Origin: Chloroflexota bacterium
Lineage (GTDB): Bacteria; Chloroflexota; Limnocylindria; P2-11E
NCBI GenBank assembly: GCA_005881885.1
Contig: VBDX01000139.1
Coordinates: 2,913 to 66,912, forward strand
DNA length: 64,000 nt
Direction of reading: 5' to 3'
Below, piece by piece: positions 46,076 through 55,096 of this stretch (positions are counted from its first letter, which is position 1; each line of letters opens with the position of its first letter). The position numbers and the translations under genes were made by a program. The notes under the pieces are model-generated. The model searched no databases. It saw nothing but the letters and a program-made list of their open reading frames with translations, and had not been told where the DNA came from.

Positions 46076-46744
46076 GTGCGCGTTCTCGTTCGTTTGTTCG
46101 CGTCGTATCGCGAAGCGGCGGGAAGGGGCCATTTCGATCTCGAGCTGCCACCCGGCTCGACGGTCCGCGACGCGATCGCACGCATCCTTCGTGAGCACCC
46201 GCTCGTCGCGGAAGGCAGGCAGGTTGTGATCGCACGCAATCGCGAATACGCATCGCTCGACGCTCCGCTCGCCGATGGCGACGAGCTGGCCCTCATTCCG
46301 CCGGTGTCAGGTGGAGATGCCCGGACGCTCCAGGCCATCGCCGTAAGCGAAGAGCCGCTCTCGGCCGACGACGCGCTCGCGCTCGTGCGCGACGACGCGT
46401 TCGGAGGCGTCGTCGTCTTCCTCGGCACGGTGCGCAGCCGCAGCCGCGGGAAGCGCATCCTGCGGCTCGAGTACGAGGCGTACGCCGAGATGGCCGAGGC
46501 CAAGATGCGGGAGATCGCCGACCGCCTCGCCCGGGAGCACGGTCCGCTCCGCATCGCGATGCATCATCGCGTCGGCGATCTCCGCGTCGGGGATATCGCG
46601 GTCGTGGTGGCGGCCGCCGCCCCGCACCGCGATGCGGCGTTCGCCGCCGCGCGCGCCGCGATCGACGAGCTCAAGACCATCGTGCCGATCTGGAAGAAAG
46701 AGCACGCGGAGGATGGCGCGGTGTGGATCGAGGAGCACGCGTAA
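46076..46744 (+). CDS. moaX: Fused molybdopterin synthase MoaD-MoaE (MoaX-like)
   Basis: MoaD ending IPPVSGG fused in frame to MoaE (LEYEAY, HRVG, PIWKKE). Confidence 0.88.
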   Translation: MRVLVRLFASYREAAGRGHFDLELPPGSTVRDAIARILREHPLVAEGRQVVIARNREYASLDAPLADGDELALIPPVSGGDARTLQAIAVSEEPLSADDALALVRDDAFGGVVVFLGTVRSRSRGKRILRLEYEAYAEMAEAKMREIADRLAREHGPLRIAMHHRVGDLRVGDIAVVVAAAAPHRDAAFAAARAAIDELKTIVPIWKKEHAEDGAVWIEEHA

Positions 46745-46770
46745 CGACGAGGCCGATCGCGCTGCGACAA

Positions 46771-46908
46771 CGCCGGGTCCTGTCGCGGGGTCGAGGTTGC
46801 GCGCTCGCCGCACCCTCCCGCTCCATTCGCGCGTCGTGAGCTCACCGGGCGACGCGGGTCCCAGGGCCCGCGGTTCGCGCGCAACCCGCTCCCCCGCGCC
46901 ACCCGGCG
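46771..46908. repeat. Structured intergenic element, family 2, copy 2
   Basis: Terminal inverted repeat CGCCGGGT/ACCCGGCG; inner stem GGTTGCGCGC/GCGCGCAACC; homologous to 26546-26696. Confidence 0.75.
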
Positions 46909-46937
46909 ACGCCGTGCCACCCCGCGTCATCCTGCCG

Positions 46938-48386
46938 GTGACGGCCACTTCGCCGTCGGCGCTTGTCCTTCGGCTCCAGGAGATCTGCGGCGACGACAAC
47001 GTCTTTTGGCGGGCCGAGGATCTCCTGGTCTGGGAGTACGACGCGGGTTTCGATCGCCATCCTCCGAGTGCGGTCGCCGTTCCGGGAAGTGCGGATGAGG
47101 TGGCCGCAGTCGTGAAGGCGGCGCACGACGCGGGCGCGGCGATCGTGCCGCGCGGAGCGGGGACGGGGCTCTCCGGAGGGACGATCGCGTGCGCGGGGGC
47201 GATCGTCGTATCGACGGTGCGCCTCCGGCGCATCGTCGCGATCGACGCGGCGGCGCGGGTGGCGGTCGTGGAGCCCGGCGTTCCGAACCTCACGGTCAGC
47301 GTCGCCGCGCGAGAGGCGGGACTCTTCTTCGCTCCCGATCCCGCGAGCCAGCGGATCTCCACCATCGGCGGGAACGTCGGGACCAACGCGGGCGGTCCGC
47401 ACGCCCTCCGATACGGCTCGATGGTCAACCACGTGCTCGGGATCGAGATGGTTCTGGCGAACGGCGAGATCGCGCGATTCGGCGGGACGGCCGCGGATCT
47501 TCCGGGATACGACTGCGTGCCGCTGATCGTCGGCAGCGAGGGCACGCTCGGGATCATCACGAAGATCTGGCTGCGGCTGCTCCCCCTCCCCGAGGACGTG
47601 AGGACGTTCGTCGCCATCTTTCCCGACATCGACCGCGGAGCGCGAGCGGCGAGCGCGATCATCGCGAGCGGTGTCGTGCCGGCCGCGATGGAGATGCTCG
47701 ATAACGTGACGATCGGAGCGCTGAACGCGGCGTTCGACGTTCATCTTCCTGCGAACGCCGGCTCGCTGCTCCTCGTGGAGATCGAGGGTCTGCGCGAGGA
47801 GACCGAGGAGTGGGCGGTATCCATCGACCGGGTGCTGAGGAAGAACGGCGCCACCGATGTGCGGTCGGCGGCGACACAGGCGGAGCGCGAGCTGCTGTGG
47901 AAAGCACGCAAGCTCGGGTACGCGGCGCTCGCGCGCATCAAGCCGAATAACTACCTGCACGACGCGGTCGTTCCGCGCACGCGGATGCCCGAGGTGTTAC
48001 GGGAGGTCAACGCTATCGCCGAGCGGTACGGCTACGTGATCGCGAACATGTTCCACATCGGCGATGGAAACCTGCACCCGGTGCTGCTCTTCGACGCGCG
48101 CACCGAGCCGATCGACCGGGTGATGGAAGCGAGTGCGGAGATCCTCAAGGTCGCGATCGACGCCGGCGGCGCGCTCACCGGCGAACACGGCGTCGGCCTC
48201 GAGAAGAATCACTTCATGCTCTGGGTCTTCTCCGCGGAGGATCTCGAGGCCATGCATCGCGCTCGCGACGCCTTCGACCCTGACGGAACGATGAATCCAG
48301 GAAAGATCTTTCCCGGAGGCGACGCCTGCGCGGATATCCCCACCGAGCGCACCAAGCGCGCGCTGGCGGAGGGCATGTGGGTCTAG
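46938..48386 (+). CDS. glcD: Glycolate oxidase-type FAD subunit GlcD
   Basis: PRGAGTGLSGG, PDPAS, TIGGN, GSEGTLG, HIGDGNLHP, GEHGVG; start approximate. Confidence 0.88.
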   Translation: MTATSPSALVLRLQEICGDDNVFWRAEDLLVWEYDAGFDRHPPSAVAVPGSADEVAAVVKAAHDAGAAIVPRGAGTGLSGGTIACAGAIVVSTVRLRRIVAIDAAARVAVVEPGVPNLTVSVAAREAGLFFAPDPASQRISTIGGNVGTNAGGPHALRYGSMVNHVLGIEMVLANGEIARFGGTAADLPGYDCVPLIVGSEGTLGIITKIWLRLLPLPEDVRTFVAIFPDIDRGARAASAIIASGVVPAAMEMLDNVTIGALNAAFDVHLPANAGSLLLVEIEGLREETEEWAVSIDRVLRKNGATDVRSAATQAERELLWKARKLGYAALARIKPNNYLHDAVVPRTRMPEVLREVNAIAERYGYVIANMFHIGDGNLHPVLLFDARTEPIDRVMEASAEILKVAIDAGGALTGEHGVGLEKNHFMLWVFSAEDLEAMHRARDAFDPDGTMNPGKIFPGGDACADIPTERTKRALAEGMWV

Positions 48387-49549
48387 CCGTTGCCGTTCCC
48401 GGTCACGCGATCGACGGGCTGGAGCCGCGCGGCGTGACGAGCGCCCAGAGCGAGAGCGAAGTCGTCGAGGCCATTCGTACGGCGAACGACCGCGGCGAGG
48501 CCATCGTCGTCGCGGGAGGCCGCACCCGCCTCGGCATCGGAGATCCGCCGGCGCGCTACGACCGTGCGCTGGATCTTTCGGGCCTCCGCGGGATCGTCGA
48601 ATACGAGCCGGACGATCTCGTCGCGACCGTTCGTGCCGGCACCACGCTCGCCGAGCTCGCCGATGCCCTTGCCCCCCGCAAGCAACGCTGGCCGGTCGAG
48701 GCGGGGCTGCACGACCGCGCCACCGTGGGTGGGACGCTCGCGAGCGCGGCCGGCGGCCCCTCGCGCCTTCGGTACTTCCATCCGCGGGACTGGGTGATAG
48801 GTGCTCGCGTCGTGCTGGGCGACGGAACCACGGTGAAATCGGGCGGCAGGGTCGTGAAGAACGTCACCGGCTACGACCTCACGCGCCTCTGGAGCGGAAC
48901 GTTCGGCACGCTCGCGGCGATCGTCGAGCTCACATTGAAGCTCACGACGGCGCCGGAGCGCACGGTGACGCTCGCCGGCGAGCTGGACATCGCGACGGCC
49001 CTCACGAAGGCCGCTGCCATACACGCGACCGGCCTGCCGATCGATGCCCTCGCCATCGTCGCCGGAGAAGCCGCGCAAGGCCTCGGCGCTCGCGGCGAGG
49101 TAATGCTCCTTGTGCGGATCGCCGGACCGCTCGCCGCGGTCCGGCGGCTCGGCCGCGCACTGCGCGAAATCGTGAACTGCCGCGACGTTGGCAACGAGGT
49201 CTGGGACCGCGTCGCCGCGCTTCCGCTCGAGTCGAAATGGACCGCACGGGTCGCCTGGTCACCAGGTGCGACACCGCCGCTCGAGTTCGCGGGGTACAGC
49301 GCGGTCATCTACCCGGCGACCGGCACGGCCTATCTGCTGCACGCCATCGACCGAAGCACCTTCCGGCGTGTCCGTGAATCGCTCGAGGCGCTCGAGGGAT
49401 ACGCGGTCCTCGAGCGGGCCGGCCCCGACTACAAGCGCGAAGCCGGCGGAGCCTGGGGCAGAGCGCGCGTGCCGCTTCCGATCGCGCGCGCGCTCAAGGA
49501 CCGGTTCGACCCGCGGGGCGTCCTCGCGCCGGGCCGGATGCCGGCGTGA
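48377..49549 (+). CDS. glcE: Glycolate oxidase FAD subunit GlcE
   Basis: EYEPDDL, ATVGG, GGRVVKNVTGYDL. Confidence 0.88.
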   Translation: MGLAVAVPGHAIDGLEPRGVTSAQSESEVVEAIRTANDRGEAIVVAGGRTRLGIGDPPARYDRALDLSGLRGIVEYEPDDLVATVRAGTTLAELADALAPRKQRWPVEAGLHDRATVGGTLASAAGGPSRLRYFHPRDWVIGARVVLGDGTTVKSGGRVVKNVTGYDLTRLWSGTFGTLAAIVELTLKLTTAPERTVTLAGELDIATALTKAAAIHATGLPIDALAIVAGEAAQGLGARGEVMLLVRIAGPLAAVRRLGRALREIVNCRDVGNEVWDRVAALPLESKWTARVAWSPGATPPLEFAGYSAVIYPATGTAYLLHAIDRSTFRRVRESLEALEGYAVLERAGPDYKREAGGAWGRARVPLPIARALKDRFDPRGVLAPGRMPA

Positions 49550-50778
49550 CCTCGCCACTCCTGGACACCGAGGGGCTCAACCGGTGCATTCACTGCGGAC
49601 TGTGCCTGGAAGCATGTCCGACGTATCGGATCACGAGGCTCGAGACAGAATCACCACGCGGGCGCCTGCATCTCATGAGCGCTATCGCGTCGGGGCGCGT
49701 CGATCCGCGAGAGAGCGACGCCGCCGTGCTGCACCTCGATCGCTGCCTCGCGTGCCGCGCGTGCGAAGCGGTCTGCCCATCAGGCGTGCCGTATGGCGAG
49801 CTCATCGAGGAGGCTCGCGCCGACATCGCGCGCGCGCGCGGGACGCCGGCGCTGGGCAAGCTCGCGCTCTGGAGCGTCTCGCGACCGCGCGTGCTGGGCG
49901 CGCTCGCCTCGCTTCTCGCGCTCGGGGACCGCACCGGGCTGCGCGCCGTGGCGCGACGGATCTTGCCGCCCCGACTGCGACGTCTTGACGCGCTCGCACC
50001 CCCGTCGGGGCGACCCGCATACCGGCCGGTCGCGGTGGACGCGCCGCGGGCCTCTGTGGCTTTGCTGCTGGGCTGCGTGATGCGCGTCTCCTACGGCGAC
50101 GTTCATACGGCGACCGCACGGGTGCTGGCGCGGCTTGGGACCCGGGTCGTAGAAGTGGTCGACCAGACCTGCTGCGGCGCGCTCCACGCACACGCCGGCG
50201 ACAACGCCGAGGCCATCCGCCTCGCCAAGCGCAACATCGCGGCCTTCGAGCGCTCCGGGGCCGAAGCGATCATCACGAACGCCGCGGGCTGCGGCGCGCA
50301 CCTAAAGAGCTACGTTCATCTCCTCGAACGCGATCCGGTGTGGGCCAAGCGCGCTGCGATGATCGCCTCGCGCGTACGGGACATCAATGAGTACCTCGCA
50401 GTCGCCGACGGCGCGACGTTCGGGGAGCTCGCGATCCGCGTCACCTACCAGGATCCCTGCCACCTCGCACACGCGCAGGGGATCCGTGCCGAGCCGCGCG
50501 CCCTGCTCGGGCGCGTCCGCGGCCTCGAACTGATCGAGATGGCCGACGCCGACGTCTGCTGCGGAAGCGCCGGCTACTACAACCTCGCGCAGCCGGACTA
50601 CGCGGATCGTCTCCTCGAAGGAAAGATCGACGCGATCCTCGCGACCAGACCCGATGCCGTGGTGACCGCGAACCCGGGATGCATGCTCCAGCTCGCGGCG
50701 GGCCTGCGCTCGCGTGGCCAGAACATCCCCGTGCTGCACGTGGTCGAGATCCTTGACCGCGCGATGCGAACCCCATGA
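49546..50778 (+). CDS. glcF: Glycolate oxidase Fe-S subunit GlcF
   Basis: CIHCGLC..CP and CLACRAC..CP; CCG domains. Confidence 0.9.
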   Translation: MTSPLLDTEGLNRCIHCGLCLEACPTYRITRLETESPRGRLHLMSAIASGRVDPRESDAAVLHLDRCLACRACEAVCPSGVPYGELIEEARADIARARGTPALGKLALWSVSRPRVLGALASLLALGDRTGLRAVARRILPPRLRRLDALAPPSGRPAYRPVAVDAPRASVALLLGCVMRVSYGDVHTATARVLARLGTRVVEVVDQTCCGALHAHAGDNAEAIRLAKRNIAAFERSGAEAIITNAAGCGAHLKSYVHLLERDPVWAKRAAMIASRVRDINEYLAVADGATFGELAIRVTYQDPCHLAHAQGIRAEPRALLGRVRGLELIEMADADVCCGSAGYYNLAQPDYADRLLEGKIDAILATRPDAVVTANPGCMLQLAAGLRSRGQNIPVLHVVEILDRAMRTP

Positions 50779-51248
50779 ACCGAGGGATCACGATCCTGCT
50801 CGCAAGCGGAGCGACGGTCATCGCGGTGCTCGCGGCGCTTCTCGTTCCGCTGTCGATCGCGGTGGGGCATCTTGCGAACGTCGTGGGCGAGGTGATCGTT
50901 CTCGTCGCATCCGTCGCCTACGTCGCGCGCGTCATGCGCGCCGATCGCCGGCGTCGGCGCGAGTCCGAGGCTGCGCTCCCACCTGAGCGGCGACCGCCCC
51001 GGCCCGTACCTCGGCGTCCTATCACGTTCCAGGTGCGCGAGACGATCTTCGCGTTCGCCGTATGGTTCGCGATCGTCGCCGCATTCAACGCTTTCGTCAT
51101 GGGGCTGGGGCCGCTCGTGAACGCGGGTATCGCGGTCTTCGCCGCATTCATGCTCGCCACGCTCACCGTGACCGGCAGGCACATGATGTTCCGCCTCACC
51201 GCCGAAGACGACTCGGGAGGCTCCGCCCCCCGGCCCCCGTCCGGGTAG
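50775..51248 (+). CDS. Hypothetical membrane protein with a repeat-encoded C-terminus
   Basis: Four hydrophobic segments; ends DSGGSAPRPPSG*. Confidence 0.65.
   Translation: MNRGITILLASGATVIAVLAALLVPLSIAVGHLANVVGEVIVLVASVAYVARVMRADRRRRRESEAALPPERRPPRPVPRRPITFQVRETIFAFAVWFAIVAAFNAFVMGLGPLVNAGIAVFAAFMLATLTVTGRHMMFRLTAEDDSGGSAPRPPSG
51212..51238 (-). repeat. Family 1 palindromic repeat inside the ORF 3' end
   Basis: GGGGGCCGGGGGGCGGAGCCTCCCGAG. Confidence 0.8.
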
Positions 51249-51259
51249 AGTCGGGTCCT

Positions 51260-52219
51260 GTGGATCTCGGCGTCCAGATCGAGCCGCAGTTCGGCTTCAA
51301 GTTCGAGGACGTGCTCGGTATCGGCAACGATGCGGATGCCGCAGGCTTCACGCGACTTTGGGTCTCAGATCATCTCTTCCTCGGCAAGGACGCGGTGAAC
51401 GTCGACTGTCTCGAAGCTTGGACGCTGCTCGCAGCCCTCGCTATGCGCACCGACCGCATCCGCATCGGCCCGATGGTCACTTCGCAGTCCTACCGGAATC
51501 CGGCGCTCCTGGCCAAGATCGCGGCGGCGGTGGACGTGCTGAGCCGTGGACGGCTCGACTTCGGCCTGGGCGCCGGCTGGAAAGAGATCGAGTACCGCGC
51601 GTACGGGTACGACTTTCCCGATGCGCCGACGCGCGTCACGCAGATGATCGAGACGCTCGAGATCTGCACCCGGATGTGGCGCGAAGACCGCGCGACCTAT
51701 CACGGCAAGTACTACCGCATCGATGACGCGCTCTGCTCGCCCAAGCCGGTGCAGCGGCCGTTGCCGATCTGGATCGGCGGCTCGAAGCCGCGCGTCATGC
51801 GCGCCGCCGCGAAGTACGGCGACGCCTTCAACATCACCGTCAGTGCCTCCGCGCCGACCGATATTCCTGACCGGCTGCGGGACCTCGATGAGGCCTGCCG
51901 TGCGGTGAATCGTGACCCGAAGACGCTCCTCCGCAGCGCGTTCCTCATCGCGTGCGTGGGGACCACGCAGGAGCGGGCGGACGCCCTCGTCGACCAGCTC
52001 GCCCTACGCGCGAAGACCGACCGCGCCGGGTTCCTCGCCTCGCGTCCTGGCCTCATCTTCGGGACGCCCCAGATCGCTCTCGAGAAGCTGCGCTCGTACG
52101 CATCGCTCGGCATCGGGCACGTCAATGTGATGTTCCAGCCGTACGGGACCGAGCGCGAGCAGATCGCCGCGCTCGGCGAGACGGCGAGGGACCTCGCCGC
52201 CAGCACCGCCGCGGCCTGA
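51260..52219 (+). CDS. LLM-class flavin (probably F420)-dependent oxidoreductase
   Basis: WVSDHL, YRNPALLAK, GRLDFGLGAGW, PIWIGG; start GTG 51260. Confidence 0.88.
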   Translation: MDLGVQIEPQFGFKFEDVLGIGNDADAAGFTRLWVSDHLFLGKDAVNVDCLEAWTLLAALAMRTDRIRIGPMVTSQSYRNPALLAKIAAAVDVLSRGRLDFGLGAGWKEIEYRAYGYDFPDAPTRVTQMIETLEICTRMWREDRATYHGKYYRIDDALCSPKPVQRPLPIWIGGSKPRVMRAAAKYGDAFNITVSASAPTDIPDRLRDLDEACRAVNRDPKTLLRSAFLIACVGTTQERADALVDQLALRAKTDRAGFLASRPGLIFGTPQIALEKLRSYASLGIGHVNVMFQPYGTEREQIAALGETARDLAASTAAA

Positions 52220-52235
52220 AGATCGCCTGGCTACG

Positions 52236-52490
52236 ATGAACCGCGACGACCTTACGGATCTGCGGCGCAATACCGTGATCTGGATCGCAGTCGTCCTCTG
52301 GCTCGGAGTGAGCTACCTGCTCGCGATCGCGCCGGCGGGTCCATACGCGAATGCGCTGCAAACGGCTTTCACCGTGTTCCTAGCGGTGGTGATCCCGCTC
52401 GTCTCGCTCCTCATCGCCGCCACCTGGGTCCTGGCACTGCGGGGCCGCGGACGCGGTCGGGAGCGAGGTTCGAAAACGCCTCGCAGCTAA
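52236..52490 (+). CDS. Hypothetical 2-TM protein
   Basis: Two hydrophobic helices and a basic tail. Confidence 0.6.
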   Translation: MNRDDLTDLRRNTVIWIAVVLWLGVSYLLAIAPAGPYANALQTAFTVFLAVVIPLVSLLIAATWVLALRGRGRGRERGSKTPRS

Positions 52491-53944
52491 TCGCGCGGGC
52501 GCTTCAAGTGGTGGTCCGTCTCGCGCTGAAACGCGGATGCGAGCGCGACGAGGAGTGGCTCGCTGAACGGCGGTCCGACGAGCTGTAAGCCCACCGGAAG
52601 GCCATCGGTCGCGAAGCCGCACGGGAAGAAGATCGCGGGGATCCCGGCGAGATTGCCGGCCGCGATGAGGCCCATGTTCCCCGAGCCTGGCCCAGAGAGG
52701 TTGCGCTTGTCCGGGGGAGGCTTCGGACCACCCGGGGGCGCCGGATTGTCGAGCGGCTGCGTGATCGGTGTCGCGGTCATCGCGCGCCCGACCGACAGGA
52801 TCACGTCGACGTCGCGGAACATCGCCGCGAACGCCTGCTGAAGCCGCGTGCGGAGGCGCATCGCGTGCAGGTAATCCCGCGCCTTGATCTCGAGGGCCGC
52901 CCGGAGACCTGCCTTCTGCCGCGCGTCGACGAGCTGCTCGAACCGCTTGCCCTCGATCAGCTCGGCGAAGATCTCCGCGCCTTCCGCGCTGTAGACCGTC
53001 GTCACCATCGGGCCGAACGGCATCGCCGGGAGCGTCGCGCGGACGAATTTCGGCGCAACACGCCTGAGCTCGGCGACGCCCTTTTCGAGCGCGCGCTTGG
53101 CCTCGGGGGACGCGTGCTCGGAGACGTCCTCCTCGGCGAACGCGATCCGCGCGCGCTTTGCCGCGCTCGCCGCGGCGCGGGCGGCGAGTGGTCGGAAACG
53201 CTTCCCGCTCGCGGTCGGGTCGCCGGTGTCCGCGCCGGCGATGGCTTCGAGGACCGTTGCGCAATCGTCCGCCGTCCGCGCCATCGGTCCGAGCTTATCG
53301 AGGGTCCAAGAGAGCGCCATCGCGCCCTTCCGCGAAACCGCTCCGTACGTCGGCCGGAGACCGGTGACGCCGCAGTACGCCGACGGGGTGCCGATCGATC
53401 CGGATGTTTCAGAGCCGATCGCGAAAGGCACGAGGCCCGCGCCGACCGCGGCGCCCGAGCCGCTCGATGACCCGCCCGACCACCGCTCGGTGTTCCAGGG
53501 ATTGCGGCCCGGACCCTGAAGCGACGCACTCGGATAGCGGTACCCGCCGCCGCCCGCGAGTTCGACCATGGCGAGCTTCGCCGCGAGCACCGCCCCGCTT
53601 CGCTTTAGCTTAGCGACGACGGTCGCATCCTGTCCGAAGATCTGATCGCGATAGGGCGGCGCACCCCAGGTGGTCGGCGCGCCGCGCGCGGCGAGCAGGT
53701 CTTTGGCACCGTACGGCACGCCGGTCAAGGGCCCACCGTCCTTCTTCGCGAGAGCTCGATCGGCCCGCCGCGCCTCGTCGAGCGCACGCTCCGGCATGAG
53801 CGCCGCGACAGCGTTGTACTTCGGTCCGAGCTCTTCCAGAAGATCGAGATACGCACGCGCGAGCTCGAGAGCGGAGATGCGGCGCCTTCGGAGCGCCGAG
53901 GCGAGCTCAGCCGCCGTGCAGAAACGAACTTCGCTCTCGTTCAC
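52487..53944 (-). CDS. Amidase-signature family protein (GatA-like)
   Basis: KDL, GGSSSGS, GSETSGSI, GLRPT. Confidence 0.9.
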   Translation of the reverse strand: MNESEVRFCTAAELASALRRRRISALELARAYLDLLEELGPKYNAVAALMPERALDEARRADRALAKKDGGPLTGVPYGAKDLLAARGAPTTWGAPPYRDQIFGQDATVVAKLKRSGAVLAAKLAMVELAGGGGYRYPSASLQGPGRNPWNTERWSGGSSSGSGAAVGAGLVPFAIGSETSGSIGTPSAYCGVTGLRPTYGAVSRKGAMALSWTLDKLGPMARTADDCATVLEAIAGADTGDPTASGKRFRPLAARAAASAAKRARIAFAEEDVSEHASPEAKRALEKGVAELRRVAPKFVRATLPAMPFGPMVTTVYSAEGAEIFAELIEGKRFEQLVDARQKAGLRAALEIKARDYLHAMRLRTRLQQAFAAMFRDVDVILSVGRAMTATPITQPLDNPAPPGGPKPPPDKRNLSGPGSGNMGLIAAGNLAGIPAIFFPCGFATDGLPVGLQLVGPPFSEPLLVALASAFQRETDHHLKRPRD

Positions 53945-53951
53945 TGCTCAA

Positions 53952-53970
53952 TCTCTCGCTTCGCGAGAGA
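53952..53970. repeat. GCGAAGC-capped mini-hairpin
   Basis: TCTCTCGC-TTC-GCGAGAGA, perfect 8-bp stem. Confidence 0.55.
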
Positions 53971-53989
53971 CACGCTCAAGGCTGGTCGT

Positions 53990-54023
53990 CTCGCTCCTCG
54001 CGGCAAAGCCTCTCGTCGCTCGT
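53990..54023 (+). repeat. 34-bp intergenic repeat, family 3, copy 2
   Basis: CTCGCTCCTCGCGGCAAAGCCTCTCGTCGCTCGT. Confidence 0.75.
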
Positions 54024-54029
54024 TCAACC

Positions 54030-54173
54030 TCAATCCGTTTTGAAGACGGTCGGCGGCTCGGTCTCGATCGGAACGCGTTGCGCGCGAAGCTCGGTCGCGG
54101 CCTTCTGCGCGTTCTCGCGCGCTTCGTCCGCAAGACGTGCGGGATCGTCGATGCTCCGCTCTTCTTCCGTCAC
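54030..54173 (-). CDS. 47-aa GatC/AtzG-like small partner of the amidase
   Basis: MTEEERSIDDPARLADEARENAQKAATELRAQRVPIETEPPTVFKTD*; directly upstream of the amidase. Confidence 0.55.
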   Translation of the reverse strand: MTEEERSIDDPARLADEARENAQKAATELRAQRVPIETEPPTVFKTD

Positions 54174-54220
54174 CGAAGCGACGACAATAGCGTGCTAGGC
54201 TCGGCCGAGGAGCCAAAGCG

Positions 54221-55096
54221 TTGCAGTATCGACGTCAGACCCTTGTCGAGCAGCCGTTATCGCCGCGCGACTACGACGTTCCCGTCGGGTGGTGGGGCTG
54301 GAATTGGGAACCGCCGATCCCGATGTCGGTCACCGAGCTCCTTGAGGCGCGCAACATGGACGCGCGGACCGCCGCGCTGTGCGGAATGGTCCTCGAGACG
54401 CATGGCTCGCTCCTGATCGCCGCAGAGCAGCCGCATTCGGGTAAGACGACGACGCTCACCGCCTTCCTCGATTTCCTCCCGAACCGAATGCGCCGCGTTT
54501 TCTTGCGCGGCTGGGTGGAGACGTTCGATTATCTGGAGCAGACGAAGCCGCAGGAGACGATCCTCCTGGGGAACGAGCTCTCCTCGCATCTGCCGGTCTA
54601 CCTCTGGGGACCAAAGGCCGTGCGCGTCTTCGAGACCTTGCGCAAGGGCTACGCGCTCGGCTCGACCTTGCACGCCGACAGCGCAACCGAAGCCGTCGCT
54701 CAGCTCACCGGCGAGCTCGGTGTTGCCCCGCCGGACCTGGCCCGCGTCGATCTGCTCATGGTCATGCGCGTATACGGGACGGCACGAGGGCAATACGCCC
54801 GTCGGGTCGTGTCGCTCCACCGGCTGATCCCGCGAGACGGCTCCGGAGTGCGCATGGTCTCCCTGGTCGAGCACGACGAACAGCACGACGAGCACGAACA
54901 CGTCGAGGATGCCGAGCTCGAGCTGCTGCGAGCCCGCTGCGGGCAAAACGCGGAGGCCGAGCTCGCGCGGCGCGAGGCGTTGCTCGAAGACCTCGTTCGA
55001 CGACGGCGCCGCACGATCCCCGACGTGCGCGCGGCCCTCGCCGAGTACCGTGGAGAGCGAACCCGACTCGAGATGCGAGGAGATCCGACCGTATGA
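54221..55096 (+). CDS. P-loop ATPase resembling the VirB11/CpaF catalytic domain
   Basis: Walker A HSGKTT; His-box GSTLHADSA; GAGGAG SD before TTG. Confidence 0.7.
   Translation: MQYRRQTLVEQPLSPRDYDVPVGWWGWNWEPPIPMSVTELLEARNMDARTAALCGMVLETHGSLLIAAEQPHSGKTTTLTAFLDFLPNRMRRVFLRGWVETFDYLEQTKPQETILLGNELSSHLPVYLWGPKAVRVFETLRKGYALGSTLHADSATEAVAQLTGELGVAPPDLARVDLLMVMRVYGTARGQYARRVVSLHRLIPRDGSGVRMVSLVEHDEQHDEHEHVEDAELELLRARCGQNAEAELARREALLEDLVRRRRRTIPDVRAALAEYRGERTRLEMRGDPTV

Noticed and set aside
52715-52750. Pro/Gly-rich insert in the amidase (PAPPGGPKPPPD) as another family 1 repeat
   Set aside because: Only G/C runs resemble the consensus; the stem and GGGGGCC head do not align.
53941-54216. 91-aa ORF upstream of the amidase
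   Set aside because: It reads through repeats and has no protein-like pattern; the 47-aa ORF in another frame is the better candidate.
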